Below, piece by piece: positions 32,144-41,230 of a stretch of 48,230 nucleotides of DNA (position 1 is the first letter of the stretch; each line of letters opens with the position of its first letter). The stretch covers positions 1 through 48,230 of the forward strand of contig CAZJVM010000015.1 in NCBI GenBank assembly GCA_964549305.1, in the 5' to 3' direction. A program made the position numbers and the translations under genes. The notes beneath the pieces were generated by a model. The model saw nothing but the letters and a program-made list of their open reading frames with translations, searched no databases and had not been told where the DNA came from. This stretch comes from an uncultured bacterium (GTDB lineage Bacteria; Schekmanbacteria; GWA2-38-11; J061).

Positions 32144-33031
32144 TTATTTAAACCATTTGTTCCAGTTTTTGGAAAGTTTGCCTGATTTTCTGTATCTTAA
32201 CATATTGTCGGGACAGGTACATCTCCTTGCTTTGGAATGGAATTTCTTTACCATACCGAAAATAAGCGCCGGAAGCAAATCAAGTGATTGTTTGACCTTT
32301 TTAGCTTCTTCCGCACTCTGCATTCCCTCAAAAAGCACTCCCGGTTTAAAGTCCGCATCTTTTCTAACCCCTTCGGCTAAATTAGTCAGATAACAAACAG
32401 GGTGGTAGCAAATTTCAAGCTCGCGCGCCAGGAAACATTCGGGAACAATTGTCATTCCAACAAGGTCTGCTCCAAAACCGGCGTATTTTTTAATTTCGGC
32501 AACGGTTTCAAGTCTCGGGCCTTCCGTACAGACATAAACTCCGCCTTTTTTTATTTTAACCTTCATTTCCCTGCCGGTTTTCTCGAGAAAATCAGCTAAT
32601 TCGGGACAAAAAACGGGATTTTGCCTTACAAAGCCTATCCCCGTATTTTCAAAGAAGGTATTCTTCCTCATTCTTGTTTCATCTATGACATCAGAAGGCA
32701 GGACAATATCAGCAACCTTAAATTTAGATTTATTTATTATTCCGGGACCTGACCATGAAATGATTCTCTCTATCCCGGCTTTTTTCATTGCCCAAATATT
32801 TGCCCTGTAATTTACAAAAGGCGCTGAAATATCATAGCCCTTTTCGCCGTGCCTTGAAATGAACGCAAAACCTATACCTTCCTTCTCATACATATAAAGC
32901 GGCGCGCTCATTCCGAATGGGGTTTTTACTTTTTTTCTGCTTACACAACTGCCCCAATCCTTTTCTATTGTAAGAAAGGCCCTGCTTCCTCCTATAACTC
33001 CAATCCCCGAAAAACGCGCTTTTTTACTCAA
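32144..33031 (-). CDS. MTAP/MTIP-family purine nucleoside phosphorylase
   Basis: GVIGGS, TPFG, SRHG, VNYRANIWA, EGPRLET.AEI, DLVGMT..PE..LARELEICY, TNLAEG; TTG at 33031 (GGAG RBS) overlaps the mqnC stop. Confidence 0.88.
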   Translation of the reverse strand: MSKKARFSGIGVIGGSRAFLTIEKDWGSCVSRKKVKTPFGMSAPLYMYEKEGIGFAFISRHGEKGYDISAPFVNYRANIWAMKKAGIERIISWSGPGIINKSKFKVADIVLPSDVIDETRMRKNTFFENTGIGFVRQNPVFCPELADFLEKTGREMKVKIKKGGVYVCTEGPRLETVAEIKKYAGFGADLVGMTIVPECFLARELEICYHPVCYLTNLAEGVRKDADFKPGVLFEGMQSAEEAKKVKQSLDLLPALIFGMVKKFHSKARRCTCPDNMLRYRKSGKLSKNWNKWFK

Positions 33032-34094
33032 AGCTCTCAATCTCCAGAATATTATAGTTATTATCTCTTTTTGCGGGAATGAAACCGGCTTTCCCAATCA
33101 ACCCGATAACTTCCCTTTCCGTCATCCTGAAGGATGCGCCTGCCATACGAACAACATTTTCCTCCATCATAGTTCCTCCAAGGTCATTTGCACCGAAGAA
33201 GAGCGAAAGCTGAGCAATCTTTGCGCCCTGCGTAACCCACGATGCCTGAATATTCCTTACATTGTCGAGAAATATACGGGACAGAGCAAGGGTCTTGAGA
33301 TAATCGAAGGAAGATGCCTTGAATTCTCCCAAAGCGGTATTCTTCCACTGAAATGTCCAGGGAATAAACGCGCTAAAGCCTCCGGTTTCATCCTGAAGTG
33401 AACGTATTCTCTCAAGATGCGAAATCCTGTCCTCAACCGTCTCGATATGCCCAAACATCATCGTAGCGGTAGTAGTCATACCTTGACGATGCGCCTCTCG
33501 CATTACATTCAACCATTCTTCGGCATTGCATTTATGAGGGCTTATTTTGTTTCTCGTATTCTCCACAAGAATTTCCGCGCCTCCTCCGGGAATCGAATCA
33601 AGTCCCGATTTTTTTAAACGCCCTATTACTTGCGAAGGCGAAAGTCCTTCTTTTTCGGCAATGAACATTATCTCGGGCGGAGAGAAGGAATGAATGTGAA
33701 TGTCAAACCTTTCCTTTATTCCCTTTAAAAGCTCTTCGTAATAATTGATGCCTAAGTCAGGGTTCAATCCTCCCTGCATCAAGATTCGCGACGCGCCGTT
33801 TTTTACTGCCTCATCTATTTTTTTATAGATTTCATCATTTGAAAGAAGAAACCCGCCTTCTTCTTCCGGCTTTTTATAAAAAGCGCAGAAAGCGCATCCG
33901 GAAACGCAGATATTCGTGAAGTTTATGTTTCTGTCAACAATGTATGTCGCTCTGTCTGAAGGAGAAAGCGCCAACCTTCTTTTATGGGCAAGGCGTCCGA
34001 GAAGATGCAGTCCCGCTTTTTCATAAAGCGCCAGACATTCCTCTGTGTTAATTCTCACTCTTTTTTCAATTTTAGATACTATCTTTTCCAACAT
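33024..34094 (-). CDS. mqnC: Cyclic dehypoxanthine futalosine synthase (radical SAM)
   Basis: YIVDRNINFTNIC...CAFCAF, MQGGLNP, HSFSPPE, SIPGGGAEIL, FIPWTFQ, QASWVTQG, MMEENVV. Confidence 0.93.
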   Translation of the reverse strand: MLEKIVSKIEKRVRINTEECLALYEKAGLHLLGRLAHKRRLALSPSDRATYIVDRNINFTNICVSGCAFCAFYKKPEEEGGFLLSNDEIYKKIDEAVKNGASRILMQGGLNPDLGINYYEELLKGIKERFDIHIHSFSPPEIMFIAEKEGLSPSQVIGRLKKSGLDSIPGGGAEILVENTRNKISPHKCNAEEWLNVMREAHRQGMTTTATMMFGHIETVEDRISHLERIRSLQDETGGFSAFIPWTFQWKNTALGEFKASSFDYLKTLALSRIFLDNVRNIQASWVTQGAKIAQLSLFFGANDLGGTMMEENVVRMAGASFRMTEREVIGLIGKAGFIPAKRDNNYNILEIESFE

Positions 34095-34419
34095 CTTTTT
34101 ACCGTCTTAAAAGCAATCAATTCTTATTGACAATACATTTACATCATAGTATTTACAAGCTGTAAAATTAATTCATTTGTATTTGTCTTTTCAAACAACT
34201 TACAACAAGATTAAAAGTTCATATGACAGCTGGAAACTCCTGTAAAGGCAGAACAGCAACGGAATGTTACCGTTATAAACAAAGCGGGGTTTTAGATTCG
34301 CCCGCAATGCAATATCAAATTTTGTTTGCCGGAAAAAACAGCGCACGGCATAAAAAATATTTAATTCAATTAAACATTATATAGTTTTGACCCCATTCTA
34401 ATTGAAAGGAGAAACAGTC

Positions 34420-35700
34420 ATGGCTACACTACAGGAAAAACTTTCCCAACAGATCCCGAAGCTGAGAGAAGAAAAAGCAGCACTTTTAAAGCAACACAAA
34501 GATACAATTATTTCTCAGGTAACAGTCGAACAGGCATTCGGCGGAATGCGCGGAGTTAAAGGCCTTGTTTGCGACACTTCACTCGTTGAACCTGACAAAG
34601 GATTAATCATCAGAGGATATCCCATAGGCGATATCAAAGACAAACTTCCGGAAGAAATCCTTTACCTTCTTTTAACGGGCGAACTTCCCGACGAAAACGC
34701 GTTGAAAGCTCTACAAAAGGACCTCAAGGATCGCTCGGCGGTTCCTTCATATGTTTGGGATGTCCTTAAAGCAATGCCCAATGACGCTCATCCTATGGCT
34801 ACACTAAATGCCCTTATATTAGTTCTTGAAAAAGAGTCCGTTTTCAGACAGGGATACAGGGCAGGGACATTAAAAAAGGAAAACTACTGGGAAGCCGCTC
34901 TGGAAGACACTCTACAGCTTGTTGCCAAACTTCCCGTAATTGCGGCGGCTATCTACAGGCAGAGATTTGGAAAAGGAGAGAGAGTTGAAAGCGACCCTGA
35001 GCTTGACTGGGGCGCGGATTATGCCCATATGCTCGGCATAGACGACCCGAGCGGCGATTTCAAAAAACTGATGCGGCTTTATATGACCCTGCACAGCGAC
35101 CACGAAGGCGGAAATGTAAGCGCCAACACCTGTCATACGGTTGGTTCGGCACTTTCCGATGTTTACTATTCAGTGTCAGCGGGACTGGACGGGCTTGCGG
35201 GACCTCTTCACGGTCTTGCAAATCAGCAGTGCCTTCGTTTCGTACTTGAACTGAAGGAACAATATAACGGAGTTCCTTCCGACGAAGATCTTAAAAAATT
35301 CACCTGGGACAGACTGAATTCGGGAAATGTCGTTCCCGGTTACGGGCACGCCGTTTTGAGAGTTACCGATCCCCGTTTTACTGCGTTCAACGCATTCGGA
35401 AAAGAATATTGCAGTGATGACGAAGTTTTTCAGATTGTGGACAAACTATTCAATATCGTTCCCGGTATTCTTCAGGAGCACGGCAAGGCAAAAAATCCAT
35501 GGCCCAATGTGGACGCCGGTTCAGGTGCTCTTCTTTATCACTTCGGACTTTCGGAATTCGATTACTACACCGTTCTTTTCAGCGTATCGAGAGCGCTCGG
35601 TATGTGCTCACAGCTCATACTCAACAGAGCTTTAGGCACACCGATTACAAGACCGAAATCAGTGCAGACCGACTGGATAAAGAAACAAGTTCAGGGATAG
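34420..35700 (+). CDS. gltA: Citrate (Si)-synthase, eukaryote/mitochondrial-like type
   Basis: ATG at 34420 after AAAGGAG; FGGMRG, HSDHEGGNVSA, GLAGPLHGLANQ, VVPGYGHAVLR.TDPR, NPWPNVDA. Confidence 0.95.
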   Translation: MATLQEKLSQQIPKLREEKAALLKQHKDTIISQVTVEQAFGGMRGVKGLVCDTSLVEPDKGLIIRGYPIGDIKDKLPEEILYLLLTGELPDENALKALQKDLKDRSAVPSYVWDVLKAMPNDAHPMATLNALILVLEKESVFRQGYRAGTLKKENYWEAALEDTLQLVAKLPVIAAAIYRQRFGKGERVESDPELDWGADYAHMLGIDDPSGDFKKLMRLYMTLHSDHEGGNVSANTCHTVGSALSDVYYSVSAGLDGLAGPLHGLANQQCLRFVLELKEQYNGVPSDEDLKKFTWDRLNSGNVVPGYGHAVLRVTDPRFTAFNAFGKEYCSDDEVFQIVDKLFNIVPGILQEHGKAKNPWPNVDAGSGALLYHFGLSEFDYYTVLFSVSRALGMCSQLILNRALGTPITRPKSVQTDWIKKQVQG

Positions 35701-35744
35701 TCAACATTTTAAAAGCTGATTGAAGAAGGGGCCGGAAGAAAACA

Positions 35745-36824
35745 TTAAACCCTGTTGTAAAGAGTATCTCTTTCGACAGGTTCTCTTCCGGCCTCTTTTA
35801 TTAATGAAACGAGTTCCTCCCTGCTGACCGATTGACCAGTGCGGGCGCCGGCGGAATGAGTAATCTTTTCTTCCACTACGGTACCGTCAATGTCATCGGC
35901 GCCGAAAGAGAGAGAAATCTGAGCAAGCTTCAGTCCAATCATTATCCAGAATGCTTTTATGTGGGGAAAATTATCGAGCATAAGGCGGGCAATCGCTATT
36001 TCCTTAAGGTCATCTATTCCCGTAGTAAAGTTCAGCGCTTCCATTTCCGTATTTTCAGGATGAAAAGCAAGAGGGATAAAAGCCAGAAAACCGGATGTTT
36101 CATCCTGAAGTTCCCGAAGCTTTATCAAATGTTCTATCTTTTCCTCCGCAGTTTCAAGATGTCCGTAAAGCATCGTGGCATTGCTGTGAATATTGCCGAT
36201 ATGGGCTTCCCTCATTACATTCAGCCATTCATCACCGCTTGTCTTCTCCTGGCAAAGCTCCTTCCTCACTCTTTCGGAAAAAACTTCGGCGCCTCCGCCG
36301 GGAAGAGAACCGAGCCCCGCGTCCTTTAACCTGGCAAGCGTTTCACCAACGCTCAGCTTTGCAATCTCCGACAGATATTTAATCTCCACCGCCGTAAACG
36401 CCTGAATATGGGTATGGGGAAACTCCTTTTTCAGGGATTGAAGCATTTCAATATAGAAATCAAAAGGAAGCTCAGGATGAAGCCCTCCTACAATATGAAA
36501 TTCGGAAACACCACTTCCTTTAACCTCTTTTGCCCTATTCATTATTTCTCCGAGCGTCATTGTATAGGCGCCCTCATCGCCTTCGCTTCTGCTGAATGCA
36601 CAAAATTTGCACCTGTTAACGCAAATGTTGCTGTAATTGATATGGCGGTTTCTTATGAAATACGCGAAATTTCCGTTTATTCTTTCACGGACGATATTTG
36701 CAAGAAATCCGAGGGAGAGAATATCTTTGGAATTATAAAGCTTAAGACCGTCTTCCTTTGAAAGCCTTTTTAACGATTCTATCTTTTGATGTATTTCACT
36801 TAATTCATCAGAAACTATCTTCAA
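35745..36824 (-). CDS. mqnE: Aminofutalosine synthase (radical SAM)
   Basis: NRHINYSNIC..RCKFCAF, HIVGGLHP, AFTAVEI, FIPLAFHP, HIKAFW, EKITHSAGA; TTG at 36824 (the ORF-track extension runs into tRNA-Ala). Confidence 0.92.
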   Translation of the reverse strand: MKIVSDELSEIHQKIESLKRLSKEDGLKLYNSKDILSLGFLANIVRERINGNFAYFIRNRHINYSNICVNRCKFCAFSRSEGDEGAYTMTLGEIMNRAKEVKGSGVSEFHIVGGLHPELPFDFYIEMLQSLKKEFPHTHIQAFTAVEIKYLSEIAKLSVGETLARLKDAGLGSLPGGGAEVFSERVRKELCQEKTSGDEWLNVMREAHIGNIHSNATMLYGHLETAEEKIEHLIKLRELQDETSGFLAFIPLAFHPENTEMEALNFTTGIDDLKEIAIARLMLDNFPHIKAFWIMIGLKLAQISLSFGADDIDGTVVEEKITHSAGARTGQSVSREELVSLIKEAGREPVERDTLYNRV

Positions 36825-36853
36825 AACAAAATCCCCGATAACATCATTTTTAT

Positions 36854-36926
36854 TGGAGATGAGCGGGATCGAACCGCCGACCTCCTCGTTGCGAACGAGG
36901 CGCTCTCCCATCTGAGCTACATCCCC
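36854..36926 (-). tRNA. tRNA-Ala(CGC)
   Basis: GGGGATGTAGCTCAG...CCTCG-TTCGCAA-CGAGG...GGTTCGATCC..CATCTCCA with the G3-U70 pair. Confidence 0.97.
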
Positions 36927-37101
36927 ATTGAATATTTTTCGATTACGGGATAACTAAATAGACCAATTTTATTAAAAAGTAAAGGCAGGGTTAACAAGCA
37001 AATATCTTGTTTCTAAAAGAACGAATGAAGATAAAAAAATTCAGGAAATCGGATTCATTAAAAAATGTTTAATGAGAGAAATGATTTGTAAAAAACGTAT
37101 T

Positions 37102-37308
37102 CTATTTCTTTTCCGGTTTTCTTCTTTTCCATGCGCCCGTTGTTTTTCCCGATCTTTCCTTAAGCCAATCTTCCAGTACGCTTTCGAGCACTCTCCAGCT
37201 TCGGCCTACTCTCGTTGCGGGAATTTTACCATCCTTCGCATACCTGTACGCAGTGTGCTCATTAATTTTAAGAACCTGAGCAACTTCTTTAATAGTTAAT
37301 AATTTCAT
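37102..37308 (-). CDS. Small excisionase-family (HTH_17) DNA-binding protein
   Basis: LLTIKEVAQVLKI..TAYR...GKIPATRVGRSWR pattern; GGAGG RBS. Confidence 0.88.
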   Translation of the reverse strand: MKLLTIKEVAQVLKINEHTAYRYAKDGKIPATRVGRSWRVLESVLEDWLKERSGKTTGAWKRRKPEKK

Positions 37309-37548
37309 AACATCCTCCCCTTTGAGTATCTTTTATTATAATGTATTTAAAAAAATTTTAATATTGTCAAATACAATTTAATTTTATGAATAATAAATGC
37401 AAATGAAATTATTTTTAATCATTCAAATTTTATTTTAAAAAGATTTTTTCATAAAAGCAGACAAAGATACTCTACAAACAAAATTATGCTTATATACATT
37501 ATAATAAAACTTCAAATTCAAAAAAAACTTCTTCAAAGCTTACATTCC

Positions 37549-38613
37549 CTATGAAGACGGTTGCTGTTGAGTAATGCAGTGAATTGCGCCAAATCCCCGT
37601 ACAAGGTCGCAGCAATCTATGCCTTCCACGCTTTTTTCGGGGAAAAAGCCGCTTATTATCTCAAGCGCGCTTTTATCGCTTTTTTGCCCGAATACGGGCA
37701 CGAGAACCACATTGTTGCCGATATAGAAGTTCACATAACTTGCCGGTAGGTTTTCTTCGCCGGAATCCGCTTTTTTGGGCATAGGAATTTTTTTAACTCT
37801 TAGAGGTTCGCCTTTGATGGTAAAGGAATTTGAAAGTATCTTATAATTCTTCCGCAGTATATCAAAATTGGCATCATTTTCATCTTCTTCCCACGCGGCA
37901 AGTACCGTATTGTGATTCACAAACCTCGCAACATCATCGACATGACCATCCGTGTCATCCCCGGCAATTCCCCCTTCAAGCCAGATAACTTTTTCAGCTC
38001 CTAAATATTGCCGCAAATAGCTTTCAATTTCCTGAAGTGACAGTCCGCTGTTTCTGTTTTTATTCAGAAGACACTGCTTCGTCGTCAGCAAAACACCTTC
38101 ACCATTTACATCTATCGAACCTCCTTCAAGGACAATATCAGGAGAATAAAGGGGGAGTTTGAGTTTTCGGTTTATCATCACCGGAATGGAATCATCCTTT
38201 AAAAGCTCATCGTATTTCCCGCCCCAGGCATTGAAGGTCCAGTTGACAATTGACAGTTTCCCGCTTCTTCTATTTACCAAAAAAACGGGTCCGTAGTCGC
38301 GAAACCACACATCGGCGTAATCATATAGATGGAAAATTACCTGCGACATATCCACCCGTTTTTTTTCAAGACAAGCTATCGACCTGTTTTTCATTGTTTC
38401 ATCGAGGACAAGAAGGTTTATTTTCTCTGCGGTGTGAAGTGCGGTAATTATTTCAACATATGTTTGTTCAACTTTATCGATGTTTTTGAAGGTGTTTGTG
38501 TCATATGGCCACGAAAGCCATACGGAATCATGTTTTTCCCATTCGGCAGGCATACGGTATCCCGATGAAAAGGGAGCGCTCAACTGCGATTGGGTGCAAG
38601 ATGATTCATTCAT
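37549..38613 (-). CDS. aguA: Agmatine deiminase
   Basis: MPAEWEKH, WFRDYGP, FNAWGGKY, LEGGSI, DTDGHVD, ASYVNF, GAIHCITQQQP. Confidence 0.95.
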   Translation of the reverse strand: MNESSCTQSQLSAPFSSGYRMPAEWEKHDSVWLSWPYDTNTFKNIDKVEQTYVEIITALHTAEKINLLVLDETMKNRSIACLEKKRVDMSQVIFHLYDYADVWFRDYGPVFLVNRRSGKLSIVNWTFNAWGGKYDELLKDDSIPVMINRKLKLPLYSPDIVLEGGSIDVNGEGVLLTTKQCLLNKNRNSGLSLQEIESYLRQYLGAEKVIWLEGGIAGDDTDGHVDDVARFVNHNTVLAAWEEDENDANFDILRKNYKILSNSFTIKGEPLRVKKIPMPKKADSGEENLPASYVNFYIGNNVVLVPVFGQKSDKSALEIISGFFPEKSVEGIDCCDLVRGFGAIHCITQQQPSS

Positions 38614-38614
38614 T

Positions 38615-39472
38615 TTATTTTTTAATCATCCTCTTATATGTGTCGGGGCGCCTGTTTTTCAGAAATCCCCATCCTTCGCGTACCGTCTTGTTTTTTGAAA
38701 TATCTATTTCCGCAACCAATATTTTTTCACTTTTACACGGTGCTTTCGCAATCACATTGCCAAAAGAGTCCGATATAAAGGAGTCCCCCCAAAAATTTAT
38801 TTTTCCCTCAGTGCCCACTCTGTTTACTGCAGCAACTGTTATGCCGTTTGAAATTGCGTGACCGCGCTGCACTGTTTGCCAGGCATTTTTCCAATCGCCT
38901 TCGGACATTTTTACACCTTTTACATATCCTATGGCAGTAGGATAAAAGATAATGTCAGCACCCTCGAGCGCGCTTATCCTTGCCGGCTCGGGATACCATT
39001 GGTCATAACAGATCAGCACAGCTATATCAGCATATTTTGTATTAAATACGGGGTAACCGCAGTTTCCGTCATCAAAAAAAAGTTTCTCATAAAAACAGGT
39101 ATCGAAAGGAATGTGATTTTTTCTGTAAAGGCCCTGAATACTTCCGTCAGCGTCAATAACAACGGCAGTATTATAGAATTTTCCCTTGCCCGCGTCTTCA
39201 AAATAAGGGGCGACAATCACTACGCCAAGTTTTTTTGCCGTATCGGAAAGTTTTTCTGAAACAGGACCGGGAATTTTTTCTGCAAATTGTTCATATTTTT
39301 TTATCATCTTCTGAGGAAAATAGGGGGTATCAAAAAGCTCCGGAAGGCAGATTATCTTTGCCCCTTTCTTTGCCGCGAGAGCAATCTTACTCACTGCTTT
39401 ATTAAGATTTTCCCCTTTTGTTCCGGAAGGCGAAAACTGCACCAACCCTATCTTTAATTTTTTTCTTTTCAT
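38615..39472 (-). CDS. aguB: N-carbamoylputrescine amidase (nitrilase family)
   Basis: LPELF, YRKNHIP, ICYDQWYPE (E-K-C triad), YPTAIG, QRGHAISN; adjacent to aguA. Confidence 0.9.
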   Translation of the reverse strand: MKRKKLKIGLVQFSPSGTKGENLNKAVSKIALAAKKGAKIICLPELFDTPYFPQKMIKKYEQFAEKIPGPVSEKLSDTAKKLGVVIVAPYFEDAGKGKFYNTAVVIDADGSIQGLYRKNHIPFDTCFYEKLFFDDGNCGYPVFNTKYADIAVLICYDQWYPEPARISALEGADIIFYPTAIGYVKGVKMSEGDWKNAWQTVQRGHAISNGITVAAVNRVGTEGKINFWGDSFISDSFGNVIAKAPCKSEKILVAEIDISKNKTVREGWGFLKNRRPDTYKRMIKK

Positions 39473-39569
39473 TGTCCGGTTAAAAATAAAAGTCAGGTAA
39501 AAAGACAGTTGTTCAGTTAAAAAGTTATGAAATCAATCGTGAAAAATCAAATAGGTAAATGTATCCCCA

Positions 39570-39643
39570 CACGCCCAGGAGGAGTCGAACCCCCAACCTA
39601 CAGATCCGTAGTCTGTCGCTCTATCCAGTTGAGCTATGGGCGC
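39570..39643 (-). tRNA. tRNA-Arg(ACG)
   Basis: GCGCCCATAGCTCAACTGGATAGAGC-ACAGA-CTACGGA-TCTGT...GGTTCGACTCC..TGGGCGTG. Confidence 0.97.
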
Positions 39644-39670
39644 ATAATTTATTACTTTAAAAACCAAATT

Positions 39671-39759
39671 CGGAGAGGCTGGGATTCGAACCCAGGGTCC
39701 CAGTCACCCGGGACAAACGCTTAGCAGGCGCTTGCCTTCAGCCGCTCGGCCACCTCTCC
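39671..39759 (-). tRNA. tRNA-Ser(GCT)
   Basis: GGAGAGGTGGCCGAG..., anticodon loop CTGCTAA, long variable arm, GGTTCGAATCC. Confidence 0.97.
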
Positions 39760-39937
39760 TGAATACAAAGACAGTTGTCCTCTTTTCCGACACCTGTATA
39801 TAACTAAAAGCTCTGATAAATACAAGATGAAAAGTTTGATAATATGAACAAATCCTGAATAATGAAATGAAGTTGACACTTTCTCCTGCAAAAATTAAAA
39901 GCTGATAAAAACCACCTTAAATTAAGGAGGAATTGTT

Positions 39938-40219
39938 ATGACTGAGAATTACAAAATAACTCTAACCATCACAAGCATAGGAGGCACCTGCAACTCAGGG
40001 TGCAAGGTCGGCAACAAATATGACATTTCTTCAATGAAAACAGGAAACCTGTGCGGATTTTTTTATAACAGTCTTTTCCCCACTCTCTGCACATTCGGCT
40101 ACGGCGGGGATATCTGGTTTTTACCTGATAAAAACAAAATGGAAGTCAGATGTCCTGATTTTTACAATGATGTGCGGGGAACACTTGAGAGAATCCCCAT
40201 TGAACAGAAACAAGATTAG
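39938..40219 (+). CDS. TIGR04076-like small Cys-rich protein, paralog 1
   Basis: GTC..GC.VG..Y, LC..FY..L.P, CPD motif; AAGGAGG RBS. Confidence 0.8.
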   Translation: MTENYKITLTITSIGGTCNSGCKVGNKYDISSMKTGNLCGFFYNSLFPTLCTFGYGGDIWFLPDKNKMEVRCPDFYNDVRGTLERIPIEQKQD

Positions 40220-40259
40220 GATTCTGTCCTTTAACCCGTTTTTGGAAAAGGAGAAAAAA

Positions 40260-40535
40260 ATGCCGGGAAAATATAAACTGGAACTTACGATAACCCACGT
40301 AGGGGGAACCTGTATGTCAGGATGCAAGATAGGCGGGAAATATGATATTTCCACAATCAAGACCGACAATATGTGCGGAAATTTCTACCGCTCAATTTAC
40401 TCCTGGATTCACGTCTTTTATCACGACAGTGAAGTATGGTTTCTTCCTGATAAGGACAGAATGGAAGTGCGCTGTCCCGACTATATCAATGATGTAAGGG
40501 GAGAACTTGTAAGAATCCCCGTTGAAAAGGAGTAA
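40260..40535 (+). CDS. TIGR04076-like small Cys-rich protein, paralog 2
   Basis: ATG at 40260 after AAGGAG; collinear with paralog 1 (GGTC.SGCK.G.KYDIS, WFLPDK..MEVRCPD..NDVRG.L.RIP). Confidence 0.8.
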   Translation: MPGKYKLELTITHVGGTCMSGCKIGGKYDISTIKTDNMCGNFYRSIYSWIHVFYHDSEVWFLPDKDRMEVRCPDYINDVRGELVRIPVEKE

Positions 40536-40580
40536 AAGGAAACCTCAGCAAAAATAAAAAATGAGACCCGGAAATACTTA

Positions 40581-41051
40581 CTACAGGTCCGCAACAAGTT
40601 CAGGATGTCTTACAAACCATTGGTCGTGCCAGTGACATTTCTTTCTCGGACATTTCCAGCTTTCAATCTGCTCAACTGCAAGCTTGATTATCTGCAATCT
40701 CACATTGCCGTTTTCCTTATCTTCCACTTCCCTGACTGCGTGAAGTGATACTTTGCCTTCCGCCATGACTGAACGGCACCGGATATCTTTTTTTACAAGT
40801 TCAGCATTCTCACGCCTTGAATCATAAATAACGTAGCAGGCGTTGCCGTTATTCTCTATACAGTCGATTTTCCTCTCTCCGTGTTTGAGACTTGCCGCAA
40901 AAAAAAGGTCTTTACCGTCAAAGTAGTGCTCCAGAGGAACTCCGTAAGGTTTGGCGCCGTCTTCAAGGCAAAGTATGCCAACCTTGTTTGTTTGGAAAAT
41001 ATTCGTCATTTCCGATTTTTCCATAGAACCCACTCCGCGTGTTACAGACAT
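40581..41051 (-). CDS. Pyridoxamine 5'-phosphate oxidase-like (split-barrel flavin-binding, NimA-like) protein
   Basis: VGIL...PYGVPL...LFF...G.RKIDCI..N.NAC...RSVMAEGKV pattern; AAGGAGG RBS. Confidence 0.75.
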   Translation of the reverse strand: MSVTRGVGSMEKSEMTNIFQTNKVGILCLEDGAKPYGVPLEHYFDGKDLFFAASLKHGERKIDCIENNGNACYVIYDSRRENAELVKKDIRCRSVMAEGKVSLHAVREVEDKENGNVRLQIIKLAVEQIESWKCPRKKCHWHDQWFVRHPELVADL

Positions 41052-41149
41052 AGCTTTCCTCCTTAAAATTATTTAAAAAACCTTACGGGGTAAAGGCAAT
41101 CTGATTGACAATAAAATAAATCCCGTTATAAATAACAACAGATTTTTTT

Positions 41150-41221
41150 GCGGGCGTAATTCAGCGGTAGAATGCAAGCTTCCCAAGCTTGACGTCGTGG
41201 GTTCGACTCCCATCGCCCGCT
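41150..41221 (+). tRNA. tRNA-Gly(CCC)
   Basis: GCGGGCGTAATTCAG..CAAGC-TTCCCAA-GCTTG..GGTTCGACTCC..CGCCCGCT; TTGACA at 41105 upstream. Confidence 0.97.
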
Positions 41222-41230
41222 TTTTTATTT

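Noticed and set aside
33024-36824. F420 biosynthesis (CofH) for the two radical SAM genes
   Set aside because: Motifs fit MqnC (SWVTQG, MMEENVV) and MqnE (HIKAFW, EKITHSAGA); no cofG, cofC, cofD or cofE in the window
36825-36911. N-terminal extension of mqnE in the ORF track
   Set aside because: It overlaps tRNA-Ala; the TTG at 36824 has an RBS
36854-37308. Prophage or ICE integrated at tRNA-Ala
   Set aside because: No integrase, no duplicated tRNA 3' end, and the HTH gene is on the 5' side of the tRNA
39527-39724. 65-aa ORF (also 12396-12749 and 45913-46101)
   Set aside because: These are translations across tRNA genes or antisense to real genes
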